A stretch of DNA of 63,339 nucleotides, counting the filler, from Chiloscyllium plagiosum (Eukaryota), in assembly GCF_004010195.1 (NCBI RefSeq). It is 6 parts of one record of this genome, joined end to end, with 100 filler letters (N's around TTAATTAATTAA, not from the genome) between each part and the next. Parts side by side here need not be neighbours in the genome. Positions count along the whole stretch, not along the records: positions 47,308 to 57,715 come from NC_057714.1; positions 57,816 to 63,339 come from NC_057714.1; 4 more parts are not named here. One strand, 5' to 3'. Every line of letters begins with the position of its first letter. Within the stretch, counting starts at the first letter, position 1. The notes below the pieces were generated by a model. That model made no database searches. It was not told where the DNA came from and saw nothing but the letters and a program-made list of their open reading frames with translations. The position numbers and the translations under genes are program-made. This document shows, one piece after another, positions 50,498 through 63,339 of the stretch.

Positions 50498-51949
50498 AGT
50501 TTGTGAGAAGATTTGTAGCTCGGGTGCTCGTTGTTGTGGTTCTGTTCGCTGAGCTGGAAGTTTTTGTTGCAAACGTTTCGTCCCCTGTCTAGGTGACATC
50601 CTCAGTGCTTGGAAGCCTCCTGTGAAGTGCTTCTGTGGTGTTTCCTCCAGCATTTATATTGGCCTGTCCCTGCCGCTACCGGTTGTCAGTTTTAGCTGTC
50701 CGCTGTAGTGGCCGGTATATTGGGTCCAGGTCGATGTGTTTGTTGATGGAGTTTGTGGATGAGTGCCATGCTTCTAGGAATTCCCTGGCTGTTCTTTGTT
50801 TGGCTTGCCCTATAATGGTAGTATTGTCCCATTCAAATTCATGTTCCTTGTCGTCTGCGTGTGTGGCTACTAGGGATAGCTGGTCGTGTCGTTTCGTGGC
50901 TAGTTGATGTTCGTGGATGCCTTCCAGCTCGGCGAACAGAACCACANNNNNNNNNNNNNNNNNNNNNNNNNNNNNNNNNNNNNNNNNNNNNNNNNNNNNN
51001 NNNNNNNNNNNNNNNNNNNNNNNNNNNNNNNNNNNNNNNNNNNNNNNNNNNNNNNNNNNNNNNNNNNNNNNNNNNNNNNNNNNNNNNNNNNNNNNNNNNN
51101 NNNNNNNNNNNNNNNNNNNNNNNNNNNNNNNNNNNNNNNNNNNNNNNNNNNNNNNNNNNNNNNNNNNNNNNNNNNNNNNNNNNNNNNNNNNNNNNNNNNN
51201 NNNNNNNNNNNNNNNNNNNNNNNNNNNNNNNNNNNNNNNNNNNNNNNNNNNNNNNNNNNNNNNNNNNNNNNNNNNNNNNNNNNNNNNNNNNNNNNNNNNN
51301 NNNNNNNNNNNNNNNNNNNNNNNNNNNNNNNNNNNNNNNNNNNNNNNNNNNNNNNNNNNNNNNNNNNNNNNNNNNNNNNNNNNNNNNNNNNNNNNNNNNN
51401 NNNNNNNNNNNNNNNNNNNNNNNNNNNNNNNNNNNNNNNNNNNNNNNNNNNNNNNNNNNNNNNNNNNNNNNNNNNNNNNNNNNNNNNNNNNNNNNNNNNN
51501 NNNNNNNNNNNNNNNNNNNNNNNNNNNNNNNNNNNNNNNNNNNNNNNNNNNNNNNNNNNNNNNNNNNNNNNNNNNNNNNNNNNNNNNNNNNNNNNNNNNN
51601 NNNNNNNNNNNNNNNNNNNNNNNNNNNNNNNNNNNNNNNNNNNNNNNNNNNNNNNNNNNNNNNNNNNNNNNNNNNNNNNNNNNNNNNNNNNNNNNNNNNN
51701 NNNNNNNNNNNNNNNNNNNNNNNNNNNNNNNNNNNNNNNNNNNNNNNGATCTGGACCCAATATACCGGCCACTACAGCGGACAGCTGAAACTGACAACCG
51801 GAAGCGGCAGGGACAGGCCACTATAAATGCCGGAGGAAACACCACAGAAGCACTTCACAGGAGGCTCCCAAGCACTGAGGATGTCACCTAGACAGGGGAC
51901 AAAATGTTTGCAACAAAAACTTCCAGCTCAGTGAACAGAACCACAGCAG
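50498..51949. mobile_element. Young Penelope-like element with inverted arms around an 801-N gap; GIY-YIG C-terminus and two hammerheads
   Basis: Minus strand reads HEHQLATKRHDQLSLVATHADDKEHEFEWDNTTIIGQAKQRTAREFLEAWHSSTNSINKHIDLDPIYRPL. Hammerheads at 50569-50608 (-, intact) and 51872-51911 (+, GAAAC>AAAAT). TSD TAAGTAGAACAA at 50486-50497 and 51950-51961. Confidence 0.92.
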
Positions 51950-53140
51950 TAAGTAGAACAATAGAGGATCATGTAGAAACTTATAAAGCCGCAAACGGGA
52001 GGCTGGAATTGAACCCAGGTCCCTCGCACCGTCAGGCAGCAGCACTAACCACTGAACCACCAAATTACCTGCGGCTATGTGCCCTTACGTTATCATATCT
52101 CCTTCACATAACAGTGATGAAGCAGTACTATCGAGGACAGGGGAACATGAGGGGTAGGGAACAGAAGCAAACCCTTTGATCTGCGTTTGTCATTCAGTGG
52201 GATTGTGACTGATCTTCTCCATCAACATTATTTACTCTCACTGTCCCTGCATCCCTCAACGTCCTTAATCTATAGCAATCAAAAAGTCTCAGTCCGGATC
52301 ATGTCCAGTGACTGAACCACCACAGGCCTCTGCAGTAGGGAATTCCAAAGATTCAAAGAAGCTGACTCAAGAAATTCCTCTTCATCTCAAAGAACAAAGA
52401 ACAAAGAAAATTTACAACCCAGGAACAGGCCCTTCAGCCCTCTAAGCCTGAGCTGATCCAAATCCACTGTCTAAAACTATCGTCCAATTCCTATGCATCT
52501 GTATCCCTCTGCTCTCTACCTACTCATGCATCTGTCCAGACGCACCTTAAATGAATCTATCGTGCCTGCCTCTACTACCTCTGCTGGAAAGGTGTTCCAG
52601 GCACCTATCGCGCTCAGTATAAAGTACTTGCCGCATGTATTCCCCTTGAACTTTTCACCTCTCACCTTGAACGCGTGACCTCTCATTATTGAATCCCTTA
52701 AATCAGTCTGAATCCCAGTCTGAAATGATTTGATTGTGGAGGTGACCCTAACTCCTCCAGACAGGGGGAACACATTTGCTGCATCTGTTTCGTCAGGATT
52801 TGAATGTTTGAACGAGATCACCTCTCAGTCTTCTCCACTCTAGAGAATGTAAACCCAGTCTGTTTAACCGTCCCTCCCAAGACAATCCTGCCTTCCCAAG
52901 AATTAGCATGCTGAACCCATGATGGTCAGGAGCTAGGAATGTGGCTACAAGAGCAGATCAGAGGCTGGGAATCCCACAGCGAGTAACTCTCCTCCTGACT
53001 CCCCAAAGACATGGGAACACCACCCCCTGCAAGTTCCTCTCCAAGCCCCTCACCATCCTGACTTGGAAATATATCGCTGTTCCTTCACTGTCGCTGGGTA
53101 AAAATCCTGGAATTCCCTCCCTAAGGGCATTGTGGGTCAA

Positions 53141-53370
53141 CCCACAGCAGGTGAACTGCAGCGGTTCAAGAAGGCAGCTCACCCCCCCCACCTTCTCAAA
53201 GGGGAAAACTAGGGACGGGTAATAAATGCTGGGCCCATCCAGCGACACCCACACCCCACAGCAGGTGGACTGCAGCGGTTCAAGAAGGCAGCTCACCCCC
53301 ACCTTCTCAAAGGGGAAAACTAGGGACGGGTAATAAATGCTGGGCCCATCCAGCGACACCCACACCCCAC
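53141..53370 (+). repeat. Tandem duplication (~114 bp) of a LINE 3' end
   Basis: CCCACAGCAGGTG...GCGACACCCACAC occurs twice. Confidence 0.85.
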
Positions 53371-53621
53371 AAAATGAATCAATAAAGATAAACACTGCCT
53401 CAGCTCTGATGAAAGGTCGTCTAGACTGAAAAACGTTAGCTTTCTCTCTCTCCATGGATGCTGCGTGACTTGCTGTGATCTCCAGCATGTTTTGTGTTCA
53501 GTTCCTTCCTTCATTGCTTGCTTTACCGACATGTTAACTTTAAGTGTATGATGGACAAGGATGCCCGAGTGCGCTTGAAGTTCAACACTTGCCAGTATTT
53601 CACCGTTTTATAAAGTAATTT

Positions 53622-54860
53622 AGCAGAGAAACAGACCCTTCAGCCCAACTCGTCCATGCTGACCTGTCCCATTCGCCTGTGTTTGGTCCATATCCCTCGA
53701 AACCTTTCCTATACTTATCCAAATGTATTCTAAATGTTGTAACTCTACCTGCACCTATCACTTCCACATATGAGCCACTCTCTGTGTGGAAAGGTTGCCC
53801 CTCAGGTCCCTTTTAAATCTGCCTCCTTTCAACTTAAAAACATGCCCTCTGATTTAGAACTCTCTACCCTAGGTAAAAGACCCTTTCTATTCAGCTTATC
53901 CATGCCCCTCAAGATTTTATAAATGTCTATAAAGTCACCCCTCAACGTACTACACTCCAGCGCAAAAGGTGTCAACCTATCCAGCCTCTCCCTCGAACTC
54001 AAACCCTCCCAGTCTCGGTAACATCTTGCTAAATCTTTTCTGCACCCTTTTCAGTTTAATAATATCCTTCCTATAACAGGGCGACCAGAACTGGGCACAG
54101 TCTCCAGAAGAGGCCTCACCAACATCCTGTACAACCTCAACATGACGTCCCAACTCCTATACTCAATGGTCTGAGCAACGAAGGCAGGTGTGTTAAATGC
54201 CTTCTTCACTGCCCTGTTTATCTGCGAGGCCAACTTCAAAGAAGGATGCACCTTTTTTTCTGCCCAAGTAGAAAATCTTACATTTCTCCATGCTGTTTTC
54301 CATCGAGAAATTTTTTAGAGTCATAGAGATATACAGCACGAAACAAACCCTTCGGTCCAACCCGTCCATGCCGACCAGATATCCCAACCCAACCGAGACC
54401 CACCTGCCAGCACCCGGCCCATATCCCTCCAAACCCTTCCTATTCATATACCCATCCAAATGCCTCTTAAATGTTGCAATTGTACCAGCCTCCACCACTT
54501 CCTCTGGCAGCTCATTCCATACACGTACCACCCTCTGCGTGAAAAAGTTGCCCCCTAGGCCTCTTTTATATCTTTTCCCTCTCACCCTAAACCTATGCCC
54601 CTCTAGTTCTGGACTCCCCTACCCCAGGGAAAATACTTTGTCTATTTATCCTATCCATGCCCCTCATAATTTTATAAACCTCTATAAGGTCACCCCTCAG
54701 CCTCCGACGCTCCGGGAAAACAGGCTTCAGCCTGTTCAGTCTCTCCCTGTAGCTCAGTCTATAAGGTCACCCCTCAGCCTCCGACGCTCCAGGGAAAACA
54801 GCCCCAGCCTATCCAGCCTCTGCGCATAGCTCAAACCCTCCAACCCTGACAACATCCTTG
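53622..54860 (-). mobile_element. Two CR1 3' fragments in tandem
   Basis: IEYRSWDVMLRLYRMLVRPLLE and GNFFTQRVVRVWNELPEEVVEAG. Confidence 0.85.
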
Positions 54861-54864
54861 GTCA

Positions 54865-56460
54865 AGGATGTCTGTTGGACATTCTGAAAGGGGAGTGGTC
54901 ATGGTCCATATCGATGCTAGTGACTTCAGCAGGAAGAGAGATGAGGTCTTGCAAAGGGAATTTAGGGAGCTCCATAGGAATTTGAAAAGCAGGATCTCTC
55001 GGGTTGTAATCTCAGGATTACTTTCCTTGCCACGTACTATTGAGACCAGAAATAGGAAGATAGTACAATTGAATATGTGACGAAAGAGCTGGTGTCGGAG
55101 GGAGGGCTCCAGATGCCTGGATTATTGGGATCTCTTCCAGGGCAGGAGGGAGCTGTATAGGTTACACCTAAACCGAAGGGGCACCAGTATCCTGGCAGGA
55201 AGGTTTGCTGGTGCCACACGGGGGGGGTGTTTAAACTAGGGCAGCAGGGGGTAGGTACCAGAGCAGGTCAGCGCGTGGAGTGATTGAGGATAAGGTACAG
55301 GTAAAGTCAAGTAAGTCAAATGGGAAGAACAGGCAGGGGCCTGATTAATGAACACAGCCAGTTGAAAATATATTTACTTTAATGCCAGGAGTATATCAGA
55401 AAACCATGATATGGAGGTGCCGGGTGTTGGACTGGGGCAGGGGGGGAAAAATCACACGACACCAGGTTACAATCCAACGGAGTTATTTGGAAGTACTTGC
55501 TTTCAGAGCACTGCTCCTTCACCAGGTAACTAGCCATGAAGGAGCAGCGCTCTGAAGGCTAGTACTCCCAAATAAATCTGTTGGATTATAATCTGGTGTT
55601 GTGTGATTTTCAACTTTACACCAGGTAAGGCAGATGAGCTCAGAGTCTGGATTAACACATGGAACTATGGATGTTTTAGCCATTACAGAAACTTGGGTGA
55701 GGGACGTTCAGAACTGACAGCTCAAAGTTCCAGGGTTTAGATGTTTCAGGTACGATAGAGAGGGGTGTAAAGGACGGAGGGAATTGCATTACTGATTAAG
55801 GAGAATGCCACACCTGCACAGACCCAGGGGACATACTGGAGGGCTCATCCCTCTTGGGCAGAATTTATGAATAAGGAAGATGTACCCACCTGGTGGGGTT
55901 ACACTGTAAGCCTCCCAATACCCAGCAGGAGGTGAAGGAACAGGTATATAAGCAGATCATGGAAAGATGTAATAAAAAACTGGGTTATTATAATAGGAGA
56001 TTTTAATTTCCCCAATATTGACTGGGTCTCCCTTACATCCAGGGGCTTAGATGGGACAGAATTTGTGAGGTTAAAACAAGGACTGCAGATGCTGGAAACC
56101 AAAGTCTAGATTAGAGTGGTGCTGGAAAAGCACAGCAGGTCAGGAGCAGGATAATCGACGTTTCCCAAAAGCCCTTCCCAAAAGCCCTTCATCAGAATTT
56201 GTTAGGTGAAACAATATGTAGATAGTCCATACCAGAGGCAATACTAGACTTTGTACTGGGGGATGAGCCTAACCATGTGATTGAAGTCTCAGTGAGGGAG
56301 CATCTTGGGAACAGTGATCATAATTCTGTGAGCTTTAAGATTGTACAAGTGCTAAATTGGGGGAAGGCTAATTAAGCAGTATTGGGCAGGAACTGCAAAG
56401 ATTAGATTGGCTGTGGCAGTTTGAGGGTAAATCCACACCTGATATGCAGGAGTCTTTCAA
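54865..56460 (+). mobile_element. Old CR1 5' part: ORF1 esterase-like region and AP-endonuclease, interrupted by PLE elements
   Basis: VVMVHIDASD...REFRELHRNLKSRISRVVISGLL; YFNARSI; AITETW; IIIGDFNFPNIDW. Confidence 0.75.
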
Positions 56461-56609
56461 AGGTCAGGTTTAAGGCAAAAGAGGGAAAGTTTAAAGGAGC
56501 TGTGTGAGGCAGGTAGTTTTACATAGAGGGTAGTAAGTACTTGGAACGTGCTGCCAGAGGAGGGGGTGGAAGTGGGTACAAAAGCAACTTTTAAGAGGTG
56601 CCTTGACAG

Positions 56610-57412
56610 ATGGAGGGAATCCTGAGGGACAGGATGTGCATGTATTTGGAAAGGCAAGGACTGATTCGGGATAGTCAACATGGCTTTGTGCGTGGGAAAT
56701 CATGTCTCACAAACTTGATTGAGTTTTTTGAAGAAATAACAAAGAAGATTGATGAGGGCAGAACAGTGATGTGATCTATATGGACCAGATATCCTAACCT
56801 AAGCTAGTCCCAATTGCAAGCACTTGGCCCATATCCCTCTAAACCGTTCCTGTTCATATACCCATCCAAATGCCTTTTAAATGCTGTAATTGTACCAGCC
56901 TCCACCACTTCCTCTGGTAGCTCATTCCATACACATACCACCCTCTGTGTGAAAAAGTCGCCCCTTAGATCCCTTTTAAATTTTTTTCCCTCTCACCCTA
57001 AACCTATGCCCCTCTAGTTCTGGATTCCCCCACCCCAGGGAAAAGGCTTTGTCTATTTATCCTATCCATGCCCCTCATAATTTTGTAAACCTCTATAAGG
57101 TCACCCCTCAGCCTCTGACGCTCCAGGGAAAACAGCCCCAGTCTGTTCAACCTCTCCCTATAACTCAAATCCTCCAACCCTGGCAACATTCTTGTAAATC
57201 TTTTCAGTAAGGCGTTCGACAATGTTCCCCATGGGAGACTGATTAGCAAGGTTAGATCTCATGGAATACTGGGAGAGCTAGCCATTTGGACACAGAACTG
57301 GCTCAAAGGTAGAAGACAGAGGGTGATGGTGGAAGGTTGTTTTTCAGACTGGAGGCCAGTGACCAGTGGAGTGCCACAAGGATCGTGCTGGGTTCACTGC
57401 TTTTTGTCATTT
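56610..57412 (+). mobile_element. CR1 RT fragment interrupted by an inverted CR1 3' fragment (~56783-57203, -)
   Basis: QHGFVRGKSCLTNLIEFFEE...SKAFDNVPHGRL...TSGVPQG. Confidence 0.8.
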
Positions 57413-57815
57413 AGACAATAGACGATAGACAATAGACAATAGGTGCAGGAGTAGGCCATTCAGCCCTTCGAGCCTGCACCGCCATTCAATATAATCATGG
57501 CTGATAATTCCTAATCAGTATCCTGTTCCTGCCTTATCTCCATAACCCTTGATTCCACTATCTTTGAGAGCTCTATCCAACTCTTTCTTAAATGAATCCA
57601 GAGACTGGGCCTCCACTGCCCTCTGGGGCAGAGCATTCCACACAGCCAACACTCTCTGGGTGAAGAAGTTTCTCCTAAGCTCTGTCCTAAGTGGTCTACC
57701 CCGTATTTTTAAGCTNNNNNNNNNNNNNNNNNNNNNNNNNNNNNNNNNNNNNNNNNNNNTTAATTAATTAANNNNNNNNNNNNNNNNNNNNNNNNNNNNN
57801 NNNNNNNNNNNNNNN

Positions 57816-58062
57816 ACCTGCCTATCTCCTTTTCCACCTATCCACTCCACCCTCTCCTCCCTGACCTATCACCTTCATCCCCTCCCCCACTCACCCATTG
57901 TACTCTATGCTACTTTCTCTCCACCCCCACCCTCCTCTAGCTTATCTCTCCACGCTCCAGGCTCACTGCCTTTATTCCTGATGAAGGGCTTTTGCCCGAA
58001 ACGTCGATTTCGAAGCTCCTTGGATGCTGCCTGAACTGCTGTGCTCTTCCAGCACCACTGGT
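57816..58062 (+). mobile_element. PLE pLTR with intact hammerhead (57978-58005); its end is tandemly duplicated (58007-58167)
   Basis: CTGATGA-AGGGC-TTTT-GCCC-GAAAC-GTC; an ~80-bp unit is repeated twice. Confidence 0.85.
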
Positions 58063-58614
58063 TCAATATAATCCCACTCAGGAGAAATTTCGAAGCTCCT
58101 TGGATGCTGCCTGAACTGCTGTGCTCTTCCAGCACCACTGGTTCAATATAATCCCCACTCAGGAGAAAGTGAGGACTGCAGATGCTGGAGATCAGAGTCG
58201 AGGGTGTGGTGCTGGAAAAGCACAATGGGTCAGGCCGCATCCGAGGAGGAGAGTTGACATTTCTGGTATAAGCCCTTTGTTAGCCCTTCACAGTTAACAC
58301 TCAGTCAATTACAAACGACAAAGGAACGTGCTGTTTGATTACATCGGCCAATTGCTGGGACATCACTGCAGCTGGTTGGATGGACTGAATGGCCTTTTTT
58401 TTTTTGAGTGACGGCATGTCCTGTTAGGGCAAACAGCTGCTCCTCTCCAGGGAGCTCTCATTCCCAGCTATCACCTTCAGTTCTTCATCGAAAACTCCAG
58501 TAGCCCACATCAGGGCTACCCAGAACATGGGACACAGTCTGAGTCCATAAACCTCCAACTCAGGAAAGCCAACTGTTCCTTCAGTGTGAGGACAGCCCTA
58601 GGGGGAGAGATTGA

Positions 58615-60290
58615 CTAACATTGGTTATGCCACTATTGGAATACTGTGGACGATTCTGGGTCTCCCTGCTCTTGGAAGGATGTTGTGAAACTTGAAAGAC
58701 TTCACAAAACATTTACAAGGATGTTGCCAGGGTTTGAGACATAGGGAGAGGCTGAATAAGAACAAAGAATATTACAACACAGGAACAGTCCCTTTGGCCG
58801 TCCAAGCAAAAGACTAGGGCTATTCTCCCTGGAGCGTCAGAGGCTGAGGGGTGACCCTTTAGAGATTTATAAAATCATGAGGGGCATGGATAGGGTAAAT
58901 AGACAATGTTATTCCCACCCCCCGGGAATAGGTTTAAAAAGGTGAGAGGGGAAAGATATAAAAGGGACCTAAGGAGCAAGCTTTTAATGCAGAGGATGGT
59001 GTGTGTATTGAATGAGCTGCCAGAGAAAGTGGAGGACGCCAGTACAACATTTAAAAGGCATCTGGATGGATATATGAGTAGGAAGAGGTTAGAGGGATAT
59101 GGGCCTAATGCTGGCAAATGGGACTAGATTAATTTAGGATATCTGGTCAGCATGGATGAGTTGGACCGAAGGGTCGGTTTCTGTGCTGTACATCTCTATG
59201 GCTCTTTATCTGAGATTATCATTCAAGTTCCTGACAGGATAGACAACCAGAGGATTGGTACAGCTGGAACCCAGCTATCATGGCCTTAGGATAAAGGAGT
59301 CAGCTATTTCAGATTGAGATGAGGAGTCAACGAGTCCTACAGCACGGATACAGGCCCTTTGGCCCAAACTGGTCCATGCCGACAAAATGCCCATCCACAC
59401 TAACCCCATTTCCCTGCACTTGGTCCATATCTTTCTATCCAAATGCCCTTTAAATGTTGTTAATGTACCCGCTTCAACCACTTCTGCTGGCAGCTCATTC
59501 CATATGCGTACCACCCTCTGTGTAAAAACGTTGCCCCTCAGGTTCCTTTTTATTCTTTCCCCTCTAACCTTAAACCAAAGTTCTCTCGTTCTGGGAAAAA
59601 GACTGACTGCAATCACCCTATCCATGCCTCTCATGATCTTATAAATGGGAGGCATGGTGGCTCAGTGGTTAGCACTGCTGCCTCACAGCGCCAGGGACCT
59701 GGGTTCGATTCCAGCCTCTGGCGACTGTCTGTGTGGAGTTTGCACATTCTCCCCGTGTCTGCGTGGGTTTCCTCCCGGTGCTCTGGTTTCCTCCCACAGT
59801 CCAAAGATGTGCAGGTCAGGTGAATTGGTCATGCTAAATTGCCCATAGAGTTAAGTGCTTTAGTCAGAGGTAAATATGGGGAATGGGAGTGGGGGGGGGG
59901 TTACTCTTCGGAGGGTAGGTGTGGATTAGTTGGGCCAAAGGGCCTGTTTCCATACTGTAGGGAACCTCAACCTGATCTAATCTAAAACCTCTACAATGCA
60001 CCCCCTCCTCAGTTTCCTATGCTCTAAAGAAAAAGTCCTAACTTGTACAACCCCTCCCGAAAACTCAGACCATTAAGTTATGGCAACATCCTTGTAAATT
60101 TCTTCTGCACTCTTTCCAGTTTAATAACATCCTTCCTATAACAAAGTGATAAAAACTGAACAAAATACTCCAAGTGCAGCCTCACCAACATCCTGTACAA
60201 CTTCAACATAACTTCCCAACTTCTATACTCAATACTCTGAATGATGAAGGCCAGTGTGCCAAAAGCCTTCTTCATTGCCCAGTTTACCTG
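58615..60290. mobile_element. CR1 3' fragments (+ ~58615-59205; - ~59325-60290, split by SINE 59648-59985)
   Basis: Typical CR1 C-terminal peptides and a SINE head/core. Confidence 0.8.
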
Positions 60291-60758
60291 AGAAATTCCT
60301 TCACTCAAAGAACCTCTAGAATTCCGAACTCTGACAGATGTGGATGTTTGGTCGCTAAGTAAATTTAAGAAGGAAAAGGATAAGTTTCCTGTTACTAAAG
60401 GAATTAGAGAGATGCAAGAATCGAGCAGGAGGTTGGAGTTAAGGAGATCAGCCATAATCGTGTTTAATAGCAGAGCAGGTTCGATGGGCCAAACAGCCAA
60501 CTGCTCCAATTTTGTTTGCACAATTACAGAACTGGAAAAGGTTCCCTGAATACCCTTTTGTCTACTTTCCTGGAGTCTCTATCTGCTCTTGTCTGGATTG
60601 ATTGCTGTCAGCAGATCACTGTGACCTCACTCAGTGGGGTCATCTCCAGCTGGGACCATCCAGGGAACTTTCCTCAGACCTTTAACATATGCACGAATCA
60701 TCGGAATGCTGTAATCCCACAATATCCCATCAGAACCTGCTTCCTCAGCTGCCTTCAG

Positions 60759-61085
60759 TGGGCGGCACGGTGGCACAGTGGTTAGCACTGCTGCCTCACA
60801 GCGTCAGAGACCCGGGTTCAATTCCCGCCTCAGGCAACTGACTGTGTGGAGTTTGCACAGTCTCCCCGTGTCTGCGTGGGTTTCCTCTGCGTGCTCCGGT
60901 TTCCTCCCACAGTCCAAAAATGTGCAGGTTAGGTGAATTGGCCATGCTAAATTACTCGTAGTGTTAGGTGAAGGGGTAAATGTAGAGGAATGGGTCTGGG
61001 TTGGTTGCGCTTCAGCAGGTTGGTGTGGACTTGTTGCGCCGAAGGGCCTGTTTCCACACTATAAGTAAGTAATCTAATCTAATCT
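60759..61085 (+). mobile_element. Young HE1-like SINE
   Basis: Full head, core and (AATCT)n tail. Confidence 0.9.
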
Positions 61086-62520
61086 CTACCTGGGTCTGTA
61101 ACTGCAGTCTTGTACTTAAAGCCCAGGGGGGAATCTGTGGCAGGGAAATAAATATTGGATTCAATCTCTAGTTGGAGGTAGCAAGAGGTTATGTTCAATT
61201 TGAGATGAATCCACAACTAGACAAGTGTTAGATGGGCGTTTTGGAACCATACAGAACACCTTTCAGCTGGATCACGGCAGGTACAGATGTATGAATGAGG
61301 GATAGCAGCCTCTCAGACCCTGAGCCTGGTCCAGAACTCAACAGGATCACCGCTGATCTGATTACTCCACATTCCCATCAGCTCAAGTGACCTTCTGAAT
61401 CACCTCAGCTGCCTACAGTAGGCAATGCTTTAAACAGTGATCCCCAGTTCTAGATTCTCCTTCAAAACATCTCCGCCACATCAAAACCTTGTATTTTAAC
61501 CAAGTTGCTTCTCACTCCTCTAAACTCCAGAGGAGACAGGACTAACCTGTCCAGCCTTTCCTCATCAGACAACTTGCTCGTTCGAGGCATTAGCCTGGTA
61601 AACCTTGTCTAGAATGCTTCCAATGCATTAACATGCTTCCACAAGTGGTGACCTGTCCTGTACACAGTATTCCACACTTGGTCTCACCATGCCCTGTATA
61701 ACTGACACATAACCTCCCTTCTCTTGTATTCAATTCCCCTCATGACAAACTATGTTTCAATAAATTTCCTGATTACTTGCAGCCTCTGCAGACTAACCTT
61801 TTGTGATTCATTCCCTGGGACACCCAGATCCCTCTGCACCTCAGACCTCTGCCCAGTCACTGAACCTATTGATTTCACATGCAGTCTCCTTACATTCTCT
61901 TTGTAACTGCTTTCTAACTTTCGATCATCAGCAAACTTGGCAAATTCAGTCCCTTCATCTAAGTCACCTAAACAAATTGTAAAACGTCCAGCACTGTTCG
62001 CACACCATTTGTTACTAACATGAAAATGGCCCGCAAATGATGCCTTGTTCGTTAGCCAATCTCCAATCCATGCCAACGCTACCCTCAACACAGAACTAGA
62101 CAGTAGAGAGGCAGGAAGGATGCACCCATTGAATAGAGGCGTCCTGATCCAGGGGCTACTGCCTAAGGACATGGGATAAATCATTTAGAACTGAGATGAA
62201 GATAAATTTCTTCACCCAGAGAATGGTGAGCCTGCAGACTTCTCTGCCACGGAAAGTGGGTAAGGTAAAAACATTGTATAATTTCAAGAAGGAGTTGGAT
62301 ATAGTACTTGGGGCTAAAGAGATCGAAGGATACAGGGGAAAAGTAGGAATAGGCTATTGAATTGGTTGGATTAGTGGTGCTGGAAGAGCACAGCAGTTCA
62401 GGCAGCATCCAAGGAGCAGCAAAATCGACGTTTTGGGCAATCAGCCATGATCAGACTGAATGGCGGAGCAGGCTCGAAGGGCCAAATGGCCTACTCCTGC
62501 TCCTGTATTCCATGTTTCTA

Positions 62521-62850
<330 letters not shown>

Positions 62851-62879
62851 TCAACAACCACATGATCTTCCCGTCTCTC

Positions 62880-63148
62880 TCTCTGACTGTATCTTGAAAC
62901 GACTGTCTGTAAACCCAGCTCTCCCACCAATTGTATCCGAACTCCGCCTCTCCGTGCGACTGTATCCTGATGCGACTGTCTCTGAGCTCCCTGCCTCTCC
63001 CTCCAACCATACCCGAACCGCCTGTGAACACCTGCCTCTCCTGCCAACTGTATCTGAACCCTGCCTCTTCCTCTGACTGTATCCTGATCTGACTGTCTGA
63101 ACACCCACGTCTCCCTCCAACGGTATCCTGATCCAACTGTCTCTAAAC
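62880..63148. repeat. Degenerate minisatellite in the GFUS intron
   Basis: Recurrent GACTGTATCCTGA / GACTGTCT / GCCTCTCC modules. Confidence 0.75.
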
Positions 63149-63217
63149 TCCTTGCATTTTCAGTGTCACTGAAGGTGCTTTTCCCTTTTTCCTTACAAGA
63201 AGGGACCTTGGGTGGAG

Positions 63218-63339
63218 GGAGAGGAGGAGAGAGACAGAAAAAGAGAGAGACAGACAGAGAGACAGAGAGAGACAGACAGAGAGAGACAGACAGAGAGACA
63301 GACAGACAGAGAGACAGACAGACAGAGAGACAGACAGAC
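63218..63339. repeat. (GA)n/(GACA)n microsatellite
   Basis: Direct reading. Confidence 0.95.

Overview
Repeat-dense vertebrate genomic DNA, most likely from a shark. The evidence is roughly 20 HE1/V-SINE-like tRNA SINEs, abundant CR1/HER1-like and Rex1-like LINE fragments, and Penelope-like elements (PLEs). The window is not one contiguous locus. Five identical 100-bp linkers (N44-TTAATTAATTAA-N44) join six scaffolds, and there are three sized N-gaps. Only three host exons could be recognised, all on the minus strand: two consecutive PACAP receptor (ADCYAP1R1) exons at 32537-32606 and 31301-31392, and one GDP-L-fucose synthase (GFUS/TSTA3) exon at 62680-62808. Nearly all ORFs in the supplied track are repeat-derived or span gaps. 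Most interesting signals: (1) an unexplained 103-bp element present twice, 6892 bp apart (19064-19166 and 25956-26058; 6 mismatches, no gaps). It has a TATA box at conserved spacing, a donor-like end, a compensatory base-pair change, and only synonymous differences inside one reading frame apart from a terminal TAG/CAG. (2) About 15 minimal hammerhead-ribozyme motifs from several PLE families. Many lie on 115-275 bp non-coding, often palindromic mini-elements with 13-16 bp target-site duplications. (3) A possible cassette or truncating exon at the PAC1 third-intracellular-loop (hip/hop) splice position. Repeat boundaries are approximate and were read by eye; no database search was run.
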